Assembly: GCF_902652985.1 (NCBI RefSeq)
Contig: NC_047030.1
Coordinates: 22,444,001-22,508,000, forward strand
Direction of reading: 5' to 3'
Source: Pecten maximus
Lineage: Eukaryota
Length of the DNA: 64,000 nucleotides
Of the stretch, positions 1 through 13,081 are shown piece after piece. Under the pieces are notes generated by a model that saw only the letters and a list, made by a program, of their open reading frames with translations, made no database searches and was not told where the DNA came from. A program made the translations under genes and the position numbers. Numbering within the stretch: position 1 is the stretch's first letter; each line of letters opens with the position of its first letter.

Positions 1-19
1 TAGAATAACATGCAATAAT

Positions 20-1085
20 AGATATTATTTCTATACTATTTTTAAAGTATAGTTTTTACAAACAATGAGAATCTTAAATGTACAACAACTTGTTTTCCTT
101 CACTTTTGTACACCACTGACACTTTTGGGGTGTGCATAACAAATTTTGATTTACATAACAAACGTTTCAAATACCTAGCTTGTCTTTTGCAATTTTGAAC
201 TTTGTTGTTTTCAAAAATATGTTTCATTTTCTCACTATTTTTCATGTAATTTTCATAATGTTTTATAACAGATATCATATGACAATTATTAGGATTACAC
301 GTAGTTACAAATGGTATGAAATTGGTATCCTTATGTTGAAGCTTATCGGTGTTAACAGAAATTTGACCCTTTTCCTTAGCTTTCTGAATAGCATTCTGTA
401 TCACTTCAGTAGGATAATATTTTTTCTTAATGTACACTTTCAAATCATCAAGTCGCTTGTTCAACTTCTCCTTATCTCTAACAACTGTAATTAATTTGGA
501 TGCTTGACAATATGGAATATTCAGTTTTGTACATTTAGCATGGGTAAACAAAATAGTTATGTGAATATGTAGTTTTACTTTACAAATCGATAAATATTGT
601 ATTGCCGATAAGTTCAACAAAAATGTCCAAAAATGGCATCCTAGTGTCACAGACTTCCTTATTATAATTTAAATCATGATGTAAAGAATTTAGAATGTCG
701 AAAAATTCCGTAAGATCGTCATCAGACTCTCAAATTATAAAGCAATCATCAAGAAATCTCATGAAGTTTTCTTTTATATAATTAGCAAATTTATTTTCAA
801 CTGTTATATAAAGTTTCTCTTCCAAATACCCAAGAACAAGTGTAGCTTATATAGGGTCCAGTTTTTGTATCCATTGCCGTACCTTTACTTTGTTGATAGA
901 TGTGACCATTGAAATGTGTTTTTTCTAAAGCAATATTTATAAAATCATGAATATGACATCCAGAACATTTGTCCAAACAATATCTTACAGCCTCTGCACC
1001 TAAATCATGCGGCATATTAATGTACAGACTTACAACATCAAATGCAACTAGTTTACAATCATTCTTAACATGTTTTGGCAAATGA
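20..1085 (-). mobile_element. Penelope-like retroelement remnant: RT core and thumb, frameshifted
   Basis: Minus-strand motifs LVAFDVVSLYINMP and YQQSKGTAM (ORF 797..1081), FMRFLDDCF at ~738-765, and thumb/linker NIPYCQA..RLDDLK..YP..IQNAI..IPFVTT..RQARYLKRLL (ORF 42..650). Confidence 0.85.
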
Positions 1086-1599
1086 GATAAAAAAATCTCC
1101 CCCCCCCCCCCCCCCCCCCCCCCCGTTCCAATATTCCATTTTTTTGCAAGTCATACACAAACATACATATATGAATAAGGGGAAGCATTACATACAAAAT
1201 ATAATTTAAATCACCATTACATTCTCCCTGGTGGTATAAAAATATATTACGATATACAAACATTACGATATACAAAATGTATAAGATTAACTAAATGAAG
1301 CAGTTGAATTTATTATTAACGTATACCGACTTTATCTTTTATGGAAACGTTGTAAAATAGCAAAGAATGCAATGATGCAATGGGTGGGGGGTGGGGGGTG
1401 GGGGCAACAACAACAACAAAGACAAAATGAGCAAACAACAACTGCAAGACATGGAATATGGCAAGGACATTGTAGACTGGTCAGTGATTTAGTAATTAAT
1501 TAATAAAAATATTTGTTAATAAGTTACTCACTCTACTGACTTCTTATATGGTTTGTTATACATTGCTCAACTGAAGGATTTAGAAATATATATTGATGT

Positions 1600-2430
1600 G
1601 TTAGAACAAAGCTTAAATTTGTAACCAATCGTTTATTTGAGTAATATTATGTTCATTATTTTATATTATAGTTGAAATGAGAATTTTATGTGCTCTTAAC
1701 TCAAATTCAATATGATTTTTTTTAGATTATCAAGATTAAGATCCATTTCCAAGCATTTGCTTTTGTATATATGTTGTTTTAATAATTAAAATTATAAGGT
1801 TGTCTGAATTAAAATTTTTGTTGTTTATTGATAAGTTTGCCAAATCTTAAACCAAGGTTATTATTGATAATGTTTATTCTAAGTCTTTCAATAAGATTGG
1901 ATACATGGTCACATTCCCATAATATATGTGTTATTGTTTCAGGATGACTTTTATTGAAGGAACATAAATTGTTATTCGACTTTCCAATTTAAAGAAATAC
2001 TTTGTAATGAGTGTTCTTTGATTTTTTCTATACTAAAGCCAATGACGTTTCGAACTAGTGGTTGTTTTGAAAGGGGAGATGTATATTTCATGTTTCTTCA
2101 TTACATAATTGTAAAATACAAAAATCTGGTTCCATTCTCGTTGAGCTGTGGGTTTTGAATTATTTTTGCAAAGGGCATTGTAAAATTCTTGTGCATCTTA
2201 TATGTTTAAGACTTAGGGGTATAGTTGGTAATAAAATAATTTTTTCATGATTAAATGTTTTCCAGTAAATTCCTGAACAGAATTTTTCAAGCCTTAGTAG
2301 TTTAAACAGTTGGTTTGGATATTATACTTATCCTTAACTTCATCAAAACTGTAAAAAGATTTATCATTTTTGATAATATTATGAATATTATGAAATAAAA
2401 AAATCTTCATCATCACTTATAAAACTCTTA
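1600..2430 (-). mobile_element. Tx1/L1-like LINE 3' fragment nested in the Penelope-like element
   Basis: Minus-strand LCSFNKSHPETITHILWECDHV at ~1900-1968 is a decayed C-terminal CCHC motif of L1/Tx1 ORF2. Boundaries are approximate. Confidence 0.6.
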
Positions 2431-2449
2431 ACTTCTCTGCATAGAGGCT

Positions 2450-2800
2450 TTAGAATTAGATAAAAAAAAAATGACTCGACGCAGGACCTCCTATAATAGG
2501 TCTAAATTTAAGATCATTTGGCGATTTTAAACAAATAAAAAAGAACGTTTATCAAATTCTGTCAGGTATTCAATTTCTTTATCTTTAAATTTTTATTGTG
2601 ACTATTTATAAGAGAAGAAATACATTTCTTAATCTCTCAATCTATTTCGGATGTAATTTTATGATAAAAACCCTCGTCTGTAATCTTACCACAATATTAT
2701 TCAGCATCAATCACAACAACCATACCACCTTAATCAGTCTCCTTTATTACAATGGATTTATCTCCACTAAGAACTTTTAATGTCTTTCGTTGTTTATATG
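2450..2800 (-). mobile_element. Penelope-like RT N-terminal part, probably the same element as 20..1085
   Basis: Minus-strand DKSIVIKETD*GGMVVVID (~2708-2762, cf. IKxADKGG) and KFRPIIGGPAS (~2476-2509). Confidence 0.7.
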
Positions 2801-3789
2801 ATAATTTTTCTTTGCGTTTTTGGATGATATGGATATGATTTAATAGCAGAGATTGAGTCTTCCAAAAAAATTATCATTACATTTTGGTGGATTCCATTTT
2901 GATACGTTTTAACTTGTGGAGGATCGTCGTCATCTTCTTTGCCGTCAAACTGCTCCATCAATCTCAACTTACCATATATATAACATAGAAACACAATTGA
3001 CGAAGGAAGACAACTTTATGACTCGTTCCCTGACCGGTGTGACATGGCATTTTGAAGTATGATGAATTAAACCGGGGTCAAAATACCATAATCGTCGGTT
3101 CATTTCACTATTATGGTGAAAAGAACCCCATCATTGTTATGCGAACCCACATTATAATTTGTCGTAATAAATGTCGTATGTCGAGCCGCTGAACATTCCA
3201 AAGCTCCTTCATTGGCCAGAGATTACGCACAGGATGAAATTTCAAAATATTGAATGTCATATGTCCTATGTTGAGCTAACTTCACACAGCCTAATTGACA
3301 ATATATGTTACAATGAATATACATGTTTGACTGGTTGGCTATTTGTTCACAACGGGTTTTTTCCCTGTGACGACACTACCATCGAATAATTGGTGGAAAC
3401 GCATTAATATTCTTGATTTATGATTTACAATCTATCTCATATATTTCAGATATGATCTATCCAGGATCCTTTATTATTGTGATATTCATGTGAAATTGGA
3501 TTATTTTTAAATAAAAGTTGAGGATGAACAATATTCAACGTACGAATGAAGTTCATAGCTATTGTTTTATCACGATTAATGAGAATTTGCCATCTATCAG
3601 CCATTTCAGAAATTGAAGCTAAGTCACCATTTTCAGTTTAGTAGGTGTATCAAGGCCATTATTATTTTTTTAAGAGAAGGTTTCTTTGTTTGATAAGGGT
3701 TAGTATTGTACGTATTACCCATACATACTATAACATAATGGGAGGTGCCACCAGTAAAGGGTTTTATATTAGAGGTTATATAATTGGTA

Positions 3790-3985
3790 ATATCATTACT
3801 GAAAAGACGAAATAGAAAGGGACCAATTCAGGTCTTTGAGGGTTTCCTGCAGATATAAGTCTACTGCTTGATTTGTAACATTTAAAGATATAACCCTGCG
3901 TTTTCTGTTAGATAGGTAAGCTTTGAACCAATCATATAATCTACCTTTAATTCCATATGGATTTAATTTATGTAAGATACCTACT
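3790..3985 (-). mobile_element. CR1/L2-type LINE RT fragment (second copy at ~58270..58480)
   Basis: ILHKLNPYGIKGRLYDWFKAYLSNRKRRV followed by a decayed GVPQGSxLGP-like block. Confidence 0.75.
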
Positions 3986-6608
3986 GGCCATTCAGAAATT
4001 ATTGCAGTCCCCTGGCAACGGCTCACAAATGTACGCCAAATCGTGACTTTATGTATTCTATCTCGCATTATGACGTCATATAACATGACGGAGAGCTAAA
4101 TTTGTCCCATTGTCGTTTGTAAGTCGTGTTCTGATTGGTCAAATCAGAAAAAAAGTGATACATTTCACTATTGGAAAATATCGGAAAGAGCGTGCTTTTA
4201 ATGAATATAAGATGTATACAAGCTGATGTATGAAGAAAAGATTAAAGGTCAAAATGGTTCATTAATATTGCAAAACTAAGGAAGGATCCCAGAGCTTCTC
4301 AACCCTGGCCTTCCTTCCTACACTATTTCTGAAAAAAGGAAAGAAAAAAACAAAACAAAAACAAAAAACAAAAAACAAAAAAAAGCAAAAAGGGTTGGCA
4401 TATTCGTCAGTATTCAACCGAATTGAGAATGGAAAAAGTACAACTGTAAACCTCTGGGAGTAAAGTGCCTCAGATATTGTTTAAATGGCACCCAAGCGCT
4501 AAGAAATAAAAACTGAACGTTATGACGGTTTGATGAAATACAAAGGGATTGTCATGAAAACAGAAGTCATTGTTTTATACACTATAACAAAGCTGTAGGG
4601 GATAAAGTATCTCAAAGGACTTCACAAATGACGCACAGCTGATTACCACCCTTAAATATGAATGAAATGTTAAAGGTGTCTCCAAAATGTCAAAATACCT
4701 CACAGGATGGTAACCCAGGTAACTTAGTGTTAATTGAAGAGAGGAAACATAATATGGACGTATGGCAAAATATTTTAATGAAATTCAAAGAGATGAGTAT
4801 GGAAACACTTTTTCAATACATATGCAAGTATTTATAGTAGGAAATGGAAATATATGCATTGTAGAGGTGTGGTACATGGATTGTAATACAGTTATGTTCT
4901 TGTACAACCTGTGACACTTATGTGATTTGAATATGAATATAATCAGAATGCAGTTATATTTGTCCAATCACGCAAGTGTTTAACATGGACATAATTGAAA
5001 TAGAGTTTATTTTTGTTTTTGTTTTCGTAACAATTGATGTGTATACTTTTACCGACAAAAATCTTCCAAACTCAATCTTTGTGTAAATGCTTTTAACGCC
5101 ATAATTGTGATAATAAAATTATCATAATTGCTAATTTGTGACAAGCTTTGAAGTGTGACATCTTGGGTAATACTGTATATGGGAGGAATGACTATATTAC
5201 AATAACAGACCAGTATAAAACAGATAGCAGAGACAAATCAGAAGGAACTATTACAGCAAACATATCATACATCATGAATATTGCTAAAAAGCATTCAAAT
5301 GTTGGACATTTTAACTTTTATAGTATTTTGAATACGGAGCAGATTTTGATAATCATTAATATCAATATTAGCTTAGAGTAATTGGATTTAAACATGGAAT
5401 ACGCATCTAATTTTCTTGCAGGTTCTTAAAAGTAAGAAGTTTTAATTTCATGTAAATGAAATTTATCAAGTTGGCCATTTGAGTTGATTTTGAACTATGT
5501 AAAAGTCCATATTGATTGATTTCCCAATTTATGCAGCTTTTTTTTTTTTTTTATATATATGAAGGGCTAAAGCTGAAAAACTCATGCAACCATTTTCTGT
5601 ACGAGCAAAAATGACATATTGCTTAAGGTATTTGGAAATTATGAAACAAGATGATCAATACCCTGTTCTCGTGAAGATTTGACCGAACTATTAAAAATGC
5701 TACATGTTCATCATTTTGAACAACAAAAATGGGTATATGTATTTTGCGTTTTATCTGATTAATTTTTTCATTCCTTACCACAGTATACACTTTGGAACAA
5801 AATTATGAAGGTTTAGGAATGTTGAACTTCAATTATTAAATGAAAACATCCATTAATGATGTCTTTTCTTGCAATGTCATCAGTTAATCGGATAAAACTT
5901 ACAGTTCAGGCAAAACTGCACATAATAATGTTTCCACAGTTACACTTTCGACAGATATGTAAAATGATCTTAACAAAATCTTATCAAGTATTTCAAATAA
6001 GCGATGCACATACATCAAAAGATAAAAAGAACTTTTGAGAGTTTGCTTGTCCCTTTTTAAACTACAAGTTGCAGGAATAGGCATATCATTCATTATTGAT
6101 AAACAATAATCAAACATCAGCACATTTGGCCCAGTTTGTTGCTGAATAACTTTTCGTGACTACATAGGTAGGTAGATGTCTTTGTACCTACTTTCTTTTG
6201 TTACTATTTGAACATGTGATAACCAATGTATTTTATAGCCCTCCATCTCCATCGTTAACATACATATACAATACTAGACAACGATTGTTGCTTATGTCCA
6301 AAACCAACCCTTTTTTACTGGTTTCTGTAATTATTAACTTCACAGTAATAGTATTTAATATGTCGTGTTTCCACAGTGATTCCATGGTGATATGGCTGTT
6401 GGGGATAGCTGAGGTTTACACTGTGTATACTTGTTAGAACATAACAATGGTTATACATGTAATAAAGAAGAGGCCGTGCATAAAATATTGGCTCCAACTC
6501 TTTGCAGGTATTACAATTATTCATGATAAGAACTATTACTATATCTCCCTTTACTGTTTTACAGTTGCGAGTGTAAATACATTTGTATTGTGAAGAACTA
6601 CGCCATTG

Positions 6609-6745
6609 ATTCTCACATTATATCATATTCTCCCATTATGTTACATTCTCGCATCACATTCTCATATAATATCACATTCTCACATTACTATATCATATAC
6701 GCACATTGCATCACATACATTATATCACATTCTCACATTATATCC
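6609..6745. repeat. Degenerate ~18-bp minisatellite (TTCTCACATTATATCACA-like); copies at ~28055 and ~61120
   Basis: Repeated tcacatt/ctcacatt motifs; source of the spurious His/Ile/Ser-rich ORFs. Confidence 0.8.
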
Positions 6746-6874
6746 CATTCAAGTTGGAATCAATGAAACTAACAAATATCATCTGCTTTGTTTGTCCATG
6801 AACTGGACCAGTTTATCATCAATAAGCGCCTTATAAAAAAATAAGTGCACAAGCCGCCTGATTCTGCCAAATCC

Positions 6875-7794
6875 TACGATGGCCGATATCAGCCGTCACG
6901 TTACTCGCATTTATGTGATGCGAGTAACCTGACATAGTAAAAATCACATGACGGGTTACTAGCATGTGATGCGAGTAACCTGACATAGTAAAAGTCACAT
7001 GACAGGTTACTAGCATGTGATGCGAGTAACCTGACATAGTAAAAATCACATGACAGGTTACTAGCATGTGATGCGAGTAACTGTACACAGTCGCGAATGA
7101 GATGACTGTACACTTACAAAACCCATTAATATTCCAGAGTATAGTTTTACTAGACCTTTCAAAAGAGGTTATCATGGCGACTGTAGACAATGGTTTTATA
7201 AGCCAAGGTGTGGCATGTATATACAATGGAGCTCGTGTAGTCTTGTCAATTCATTATTTGACCACAGACTATTTTTTTTTTGCAACAGATTTTTTTATTT
7301 TATTTTTCCTGTAGATTGGTATATTTATGTGATAGAAAAAAAATGCCCTAAATGGGGGAAATGGTTTTATTCACCAAATAGAATTGAGGAAATAAGAGAA
7401 ATTGACCAATAATATACTCTTGAGTGACATTGGACGAGAGATTTTGTATGCAACACAAATAGACTAAAATAATCAATTGGAACCATATGTACTATACTGT
7501 ACAAAGCCACCTGTCATGTGATTTTTACTACGTCAGGTTACTCGCATCACATGCTAGTAACCTGTCATGTGAGTTTTACTATGTCAGGTTACTCGCATCA
7601 CATGCTAGTAACCTGTCATGTGATTTTTACTATGTCAGGTTACTCGCATCACATGAGAGTAACCCGTCATGTGATTTTTACTATGTCAGGTTACTCGCAT
7701 CACATGCGAGTAACCCGTCATGTGATTTTTACTATGTCAGGTTACTCGCATCACATAAATGCGAGTAACGTGACGGCTGATATCGGCCATCGTA
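6875..7794. mobile_element. Fold-back non-autonomous DNA transposon with long TIRs made of 51-bp units
   Basis: Ends TACGATGGCCGATATCAGCCGTCACG...CGTGACGGCTGATATCGGCCATCGTA are exact reverse complements. 3 units on the left, 5 on the right. Absent from paralogous sites at ~48557 and ~61393. Confidence 0.92.
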
Positions 7795-8892
7795 AAAATA
7801 ACATACATGTGAGCTTATCAGAGCTTTGGAGGGAGTGAATATGACTGATTTAGATTTTCATAATAGGTCTCATGTATATTAAGAATCTGAGAATTTCGAC
7901 AAATTATTTAACAAAAAACACTGGTAAAATCCCTAACTCGCGCCCCAGCGTGATGCCTATTTTTATATATTCAGAATTAGTTACTAATGTTTTAAATATG
8001 CCCATTAATAATCAAAATAACTAAAAAAGTCATCACTTGAACTGTCCTATTCTATCATGATCCTGTAAATCGTCAAAGTGGAATAAAGCATCCGTGTCAA
8101 GTCCCTGTGTCAGGCGGTCGTTACCTCGCATCCATTATAAACAATTTATACCAGGAAGATCAATTGATCAAAATGGACAATCAGTAAACATTCAATCAAT
8201 GAAGCTTTGCTTTCAGTCAGTTGTAGAGCCCGTGTCAAAGTTACAACCAACTCTGTAACATATTTCGCAAAGATGGCTGTTCAGTTCGAATCAGACACCC
8301 GGAGAACAAAATCTAGTTATTACTCTTCCGCGCAGCTGACGGAGCGTTTTTATAATGATCTCTAAACTCGTTAAACAAATCAATTTTGCAACTTAATTAT
8401 GCTATTTTTAAAATGTTATATAGTAAATGTGCTGCCTTATCGTATTTTTGTGTATTTAATACAGATTAGTCATTCTCTCATGGCGGACTATTTTTAAACA
8501 CAAACCATTAGACTTCCACAAATTTTAGTATTTAAAGATTTCTTAAATTAATTAAGTGCAAATGCGTGTTAACTCAAATATAAGGATTGCATGTTGCTTC
8601 GGTCGATTGCATGGGGTGATGAGTTGAGTTGCTCTTGAGACAAATTCAACGTGAACTGCTTCGCGGTGAATTCATCTCAAAGACACCTCTAGACTAACAT
8701 TTAATCATTAAATGTCAGTACCATGGTATCATTTAACAAGTATCCTACCTACGATAATTTTACGACATTAAGACGAAAGAAGATTGTATATGCGTGAATA
8801 CAAAACTGTAAACTACTAAACTTTTATTTACACACGTCATCGGATAATATACCTTTAAATAGCGAGCTCCACTACATATTCTCAGTAGTCTC

Positions 8893-9654
8893 ATGACATA
8901 TCACTTCGCCGATACTGGAACCACTCGGACAACCAGAAAAATGAATGACATTGCCACCTCCAAACTTCTATTCCGGAGTATTATGAAGGGACATTATAAA
9001 TCAGTGAAGATATTGGTGGACGGGGGAGCTGATATCAACATCACTGACAAGGATGGGCAAACGCCTCTGGTGAAGGCTTGTCTAGAATTAAATATATCAT
9101 CAATATCAGCCACAGATACATCGTCTTCCAGGTACAAGATTGTGCAATATTTACTTCAACATGGCGCTAACCCTACTATAAAAGATAAGCGGGGACGATC
9201 AGTAACTGAAATGGGCCTGCCTTCTTGGTTGGATAGATGGTTAGATGACAGGACGCACAGAAATAAGAAATTCAACTCCAGATCGTTCATCAACGCAAAT
9301 AATGATGATCATTTTCAAGGAAAACACGGCCAATGTTTGGATGTTCAAGAAGGACGGATACACGGAGATTTTAGTATGAAGAGAATTGATACAGAGACAA
9401 AGTCGTTTCCTTTGCAAGGCAACAATGACAGCCTTAGTGCTGGGTGTTTACAGGTCTACAGTAACACAGACGGCAAACCCCTAATTGGAATCACAAGAAA
9501 AGGGGTAAGACAAAATGTTTCTAAAATCCACAAAAGGAAATATGAGGCGAGCGCAGCGGACACTAAAGATAACCAAGAGGAATGCAGCGATCATTGTCAA
9601 TCAGGTGTAGACTTTGTACGTTTGGGTGATGTTAACATCTCATTGGTTGACTGA
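8893..9654 (+). CDS. Ankyrin-repeat protein, 253 aa, ANKRD34-like N-terminus, copy A
   Basis: Intact ORF: LLFRSIMKGHYKSVKILVDGGADINITDKDGQTPLVKAC-insert-KIVQYLLQHGANPTIKDKRGRS. Possible TAG splice acceptor 4 nt before the ATG; AATAAA at 9835. Confidence 0.85.
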   Translation: MTYHFADTGTTRTTRKMNDIATSKLLFRSIMKGHYKSVKILVDGGADINITDKDGQTPLVKACLELNISSISATDTSSSRYKIVQYLLQHGANPTIKDKRGRSVTEMGLPSWLDRWLDDRTHRNKKFNSRSFINANNDDHFQGKHGQCLDVQEGRIHGDFSMKRIDTETKSFPLQGNNDSLSAGCLQVYSNTDGKPLIGITRKGVRQNVSKIHKRKYEASAADTKDNQEECSDHCQSGVDFVRLGDVNISLVD

Positions 9655-9834
9655 CAACACTTTTGGAGGCGTATTCGTGAAATTGTGTATTCCTATTTAA
9701 GTTAAACAGTCTAGATCATGTATGCTTTTGACTAGACTCAGGACATGTACTGAAGTGATACTTGTTGATATTTACGTTGACTACATAACCTGTGTACAAT
9801 TGTAAGTAGCATGTACTATGATATAAAGAGCTCA

Positions 9835-9872
9835 AATAAACGTTGAAAAGAATATTTTGTCGTTGTTATTGC
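9835..9872 (+). terminator. Candidate polyadenylation signal of the ankyrin gene
   Basis: AATAAA ~180 nt after the stop, followed by GT-rich ttttgtcgttgtt. Retained in copies B (~31233) and C (~50628). Confidence 0.55.
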
Positions 9873-12334
9873 TTTTTTAAACGATCTATAAATTTTACAG
9901 TTGACGTAAAATAAATAATTATTTCTGTGATTGAAAGCAGGTCATATTGTTGTTGTTTGATTTGTACGCACATATAATCTTAAGATCTGCCATTCAGGGA
10001 AATCTAAAGTGTTTGTATTCAGAGAGGTGTGTTCAAATTTTACAGTTTTGTAAAAATAGAGTTATCAAGAAATATTAATCCTGTCCTAGATTAAATCCAC
10101 TTTTAAATAACAAACTTTCCATACAAAACATAAGGCAGTGTCCTTATAATTACTACTACAAATAGACATAATTGTTTCCACTCTGGTTTAATATTAGTCA
10201 TTTCAGAGTAACAGATTTTGAACGAAGAAGTCAGCCAGGGTTGATATTGAAGAATGTTCTTTATGAAATCCATCTATTTATTTATATGTATTGTTGTGTT
10301 CGTCAGCTCTTCCTATTGACATGACAGAATCTACAACTGTGAAACTCTGCGGGTAACGTATCTCGAAGGAAAAAAACACACAAGCTTTTATCACCTGCAA
10401 ATTAATTCAGTAAACAACATCATATCATAATAAATACATTATGGTTCTTGCAAAGAGTCAACATACATCACCTGATGGTTAGTCTTATTAGTTACTCAAA
10501 GTTTAAGGTCGGCTTGTTATTTTCGTTAATTCTGATATTAAATCAATGACTTCATATTTGTGTTTACTGTCGTAATAAAGAGTTGACAGCCACTGTAACT
10601 ATAAACCACTTAAAGCAATTAAAGTAGTTTAGTGTTAAATGGGGATCCTGATATGTGTATAACACTGTCAGTATATAGTTATCATCAGGTTAGTTAATAG
10701 TTTCAATATATTTTAATCGTACCTTAGATATATGATCTCAATTCACCTCACATCGATGATGTTGATTTTGATTCACTCCTCTACTTTGTTGCATCCTGCC
10801 ATAAACAACCCCACTTTTCAACAAAAAGCTTCGCAAACAAAATATAAGACAGTCTTCTTTTAGTTACTACTAATTGATATATTTTTCAACTATGATATGT
10901 GTTTATATATGTGCTATGTTAAAGTCAATATTGCTTAACTTTTAACGAAGAAGACATCCATTGTTGACTTGTTGCTTTAATCAATTCTGAAATTGAATTG
11001 TAAACGTCATTTCTTTGTTCTCCCTTTTTTCGAGTTAACACGTGAAACTAACTGTAAACCACATGGGGTAAAGCACCTTAAAAGAAATGTCACACCAGCG
11101 TTGATGACATTCAAATATCAATTAAGTAAAACCATCAATGCGCTAATGAATTTGTGATGGCTCCTATAAAGAGTCAAATTACCACACCTGATGGCAAGCC
11201 ATGTAGCTTAGTATTAAATGAAGATAGGAATTGTTGTAATATGTGTAAAACACTGTCAGTATATAGTCAGCATGTGTGTAGTTAATAGTTTCAATGCAAT
11301 TTAATCATTTGATTTTATTATTTGATACAATTCTGTCTTTTAATGTAAGCTTTCAATTTATCTCTATTTAACAACACACCCATAGTGTTAAATTTGATTC
11401 CCTTAATTTTATGCCTACTCATTTAACAGTTATAATTAGAGAATGTTTTTTCAAGAAGAGCAATCATAGAATAGAAAATTCGATGAAATTGAAAGAGCGT
11501 TTGATCGATTCTGGGCATCCGCTCTTCCAAAAAAAACAAAAAACAAAAAACCAAAAAACTCAGCCCTCAAATTGGGCCGTAGGACTTTCTTGTTTTAAAA
11601 AATAATCTGATGGACGGAATCAACAACTCCACTTTTCAACAATACGCTTTCCACACGAAACATAAGATAATCTCCTTTTAGTTAATACTAATCGACTTAA
11701 TTGTTTCGACTTTGGTATCATAAAAGTCATTTCAGAGTAAATATTGTTTGATTTTGGACGAAGAACGCAGCCAAGGTTGATATTGAAGAATGTGCTTGAT
11801 GACAAATCTCAATCTTCTATTTGTTTGTATTTGAATGATATTATGATGAAGGTCACATATTTTTTATATTCAAAGTGTGAGGTCTTGCTGTTGTTTTCTT
11901 TAATTCTAATATCGAATTGTTGTGTTCGTAAACTCTTTTTAATGAAGACGTGACAGAAACAACAACTGTGAAACTCTCCAGGTAACGTATCTCAAAGGAA
12001 GTAAAACACAAGCGTTTATCACCTGCAAATATGAATTCAGTAAACAACATCATATCATGATAAATAAGTGAAGGTTCCTACAAAGAGTCATTACCCCACC
12101 TGAAGGTAAGCCATGTAGTTTAGTGTTATATGAAGACAGGAATCTTAATATGAGTAAAATACTTTCAGTTTATAGTTATCATGTGTGAAGTTAATAATTA
12201 TTGAAACAATTATGTTCTTAACTGTATGCTTCCAACTTATCACTCTCTAATACCACATCCATAATGTTAAGTTTGATTCCCTAAATTGTATGCCTATCAC
12301 ATGCCAGTCTAGAATTAAATATACTATAGTTATC

Positions 12335-12555
12335 ACGCACAGATACATCGTTTTCCGACATTACGCCAGCCCCATTATAAAAGACAAGCAGGGACGCTCA
12401 GTAACCGTAATGGGAAATATACAGGGGAATAAGACCTCAAACTCCATATTGTTACAAACACTAATAATGAGTGTAATACTTGCGAACCAATCTGTTGCGA
12501 CCATTTTCAAGCAAAGACACAGCCAATGTTTGCATGTTACAGAAGTACGTATATA
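12335..12555 (+). pseudogene. Internal fragment of the ankyrin gene
   Basis: HYASPIIKDKQGRSVTVMG versus HGANPTIKDKRGRSVTEMG; later agccaatgtttgcatgtt versus ggccaatgtttggatgtt. Confidence 0.8.
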
Positions 12556-13081
12556 ACATAAACCGTATACAAGTTAAAGTAAACTGTATTATACAAAGAG
12601 GTAAAAAAAGAAATATTCTCTTACATCTTTAATTGTATAATTGTATCCTGTCCTAGACAAATCTAATTTTCAATAATAATTTTTTCGACATAAAGCAGCC
12701 TCCTTTTAACTACTTCTAAAAAGACGTGACAGACACTATAACTATAAACCACTTCGGGTAAAGTATCTGAAGTAAATGATACACAAGCTTTGATAACATT
12801 CAAATATGAAAAGTGATAAAGAAAATGCCGTAATGAATATGTGATGGTTCCTGCAAAGAGTCCGATAACTAAACCTGGTGGTAAGTTTGGTGTGTTAAAA
12901 TGACAGAAATCGTGTTACGTGAAAAATACTTTCGGTATATAGTTATCATCTGTGTAGTTATCGCTTTCAATGTATTTTAATCGTACCTTAAAGACACGCT
13001 CTCAATTTATCTCAACGTATCAGTTGGCAACGAACATATCATATATGAAATAATTTTATGCAGGTTTGTGCAAAGTTATAT

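Larger units (their letters stand above)
3640..13081 (+). repeat. Segmental duplication unit A (ankyrin gene unit), runs into a gap
   Basis: Colinear with ~25790..38120 (B), ~48420..50820 (C), 58136..62075 (D) and a more diverged partial copy at ~22790..24000. Paralogous small ORFs recur in the ORF track. Confidence 0.95.

Noticed and set aside
6875-7794. CRISPR-like array of palindromic repeats
   Set aside because: The sequence between hairpins is itself repeated, so there are no unique spacers. No cas genes, eukaryotic context, and the arrays form the TIRs of a transposon.
6831-7838. Repetitive ORFs (SHASNLSCDFYY.., MSGYSHHMLVT..)
   Set aside because: By-products of a 51-bp (17-codon) repeat open in several frames on both strands.
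8893-9654. Horizontally acquired bacterial or viral ankyrin effector
   Set aside because: An intron-less CDS alone is not evidence. The motif layout fits an animal family, there is a poly(A) signal, and no prokaryotic neighbours are present.
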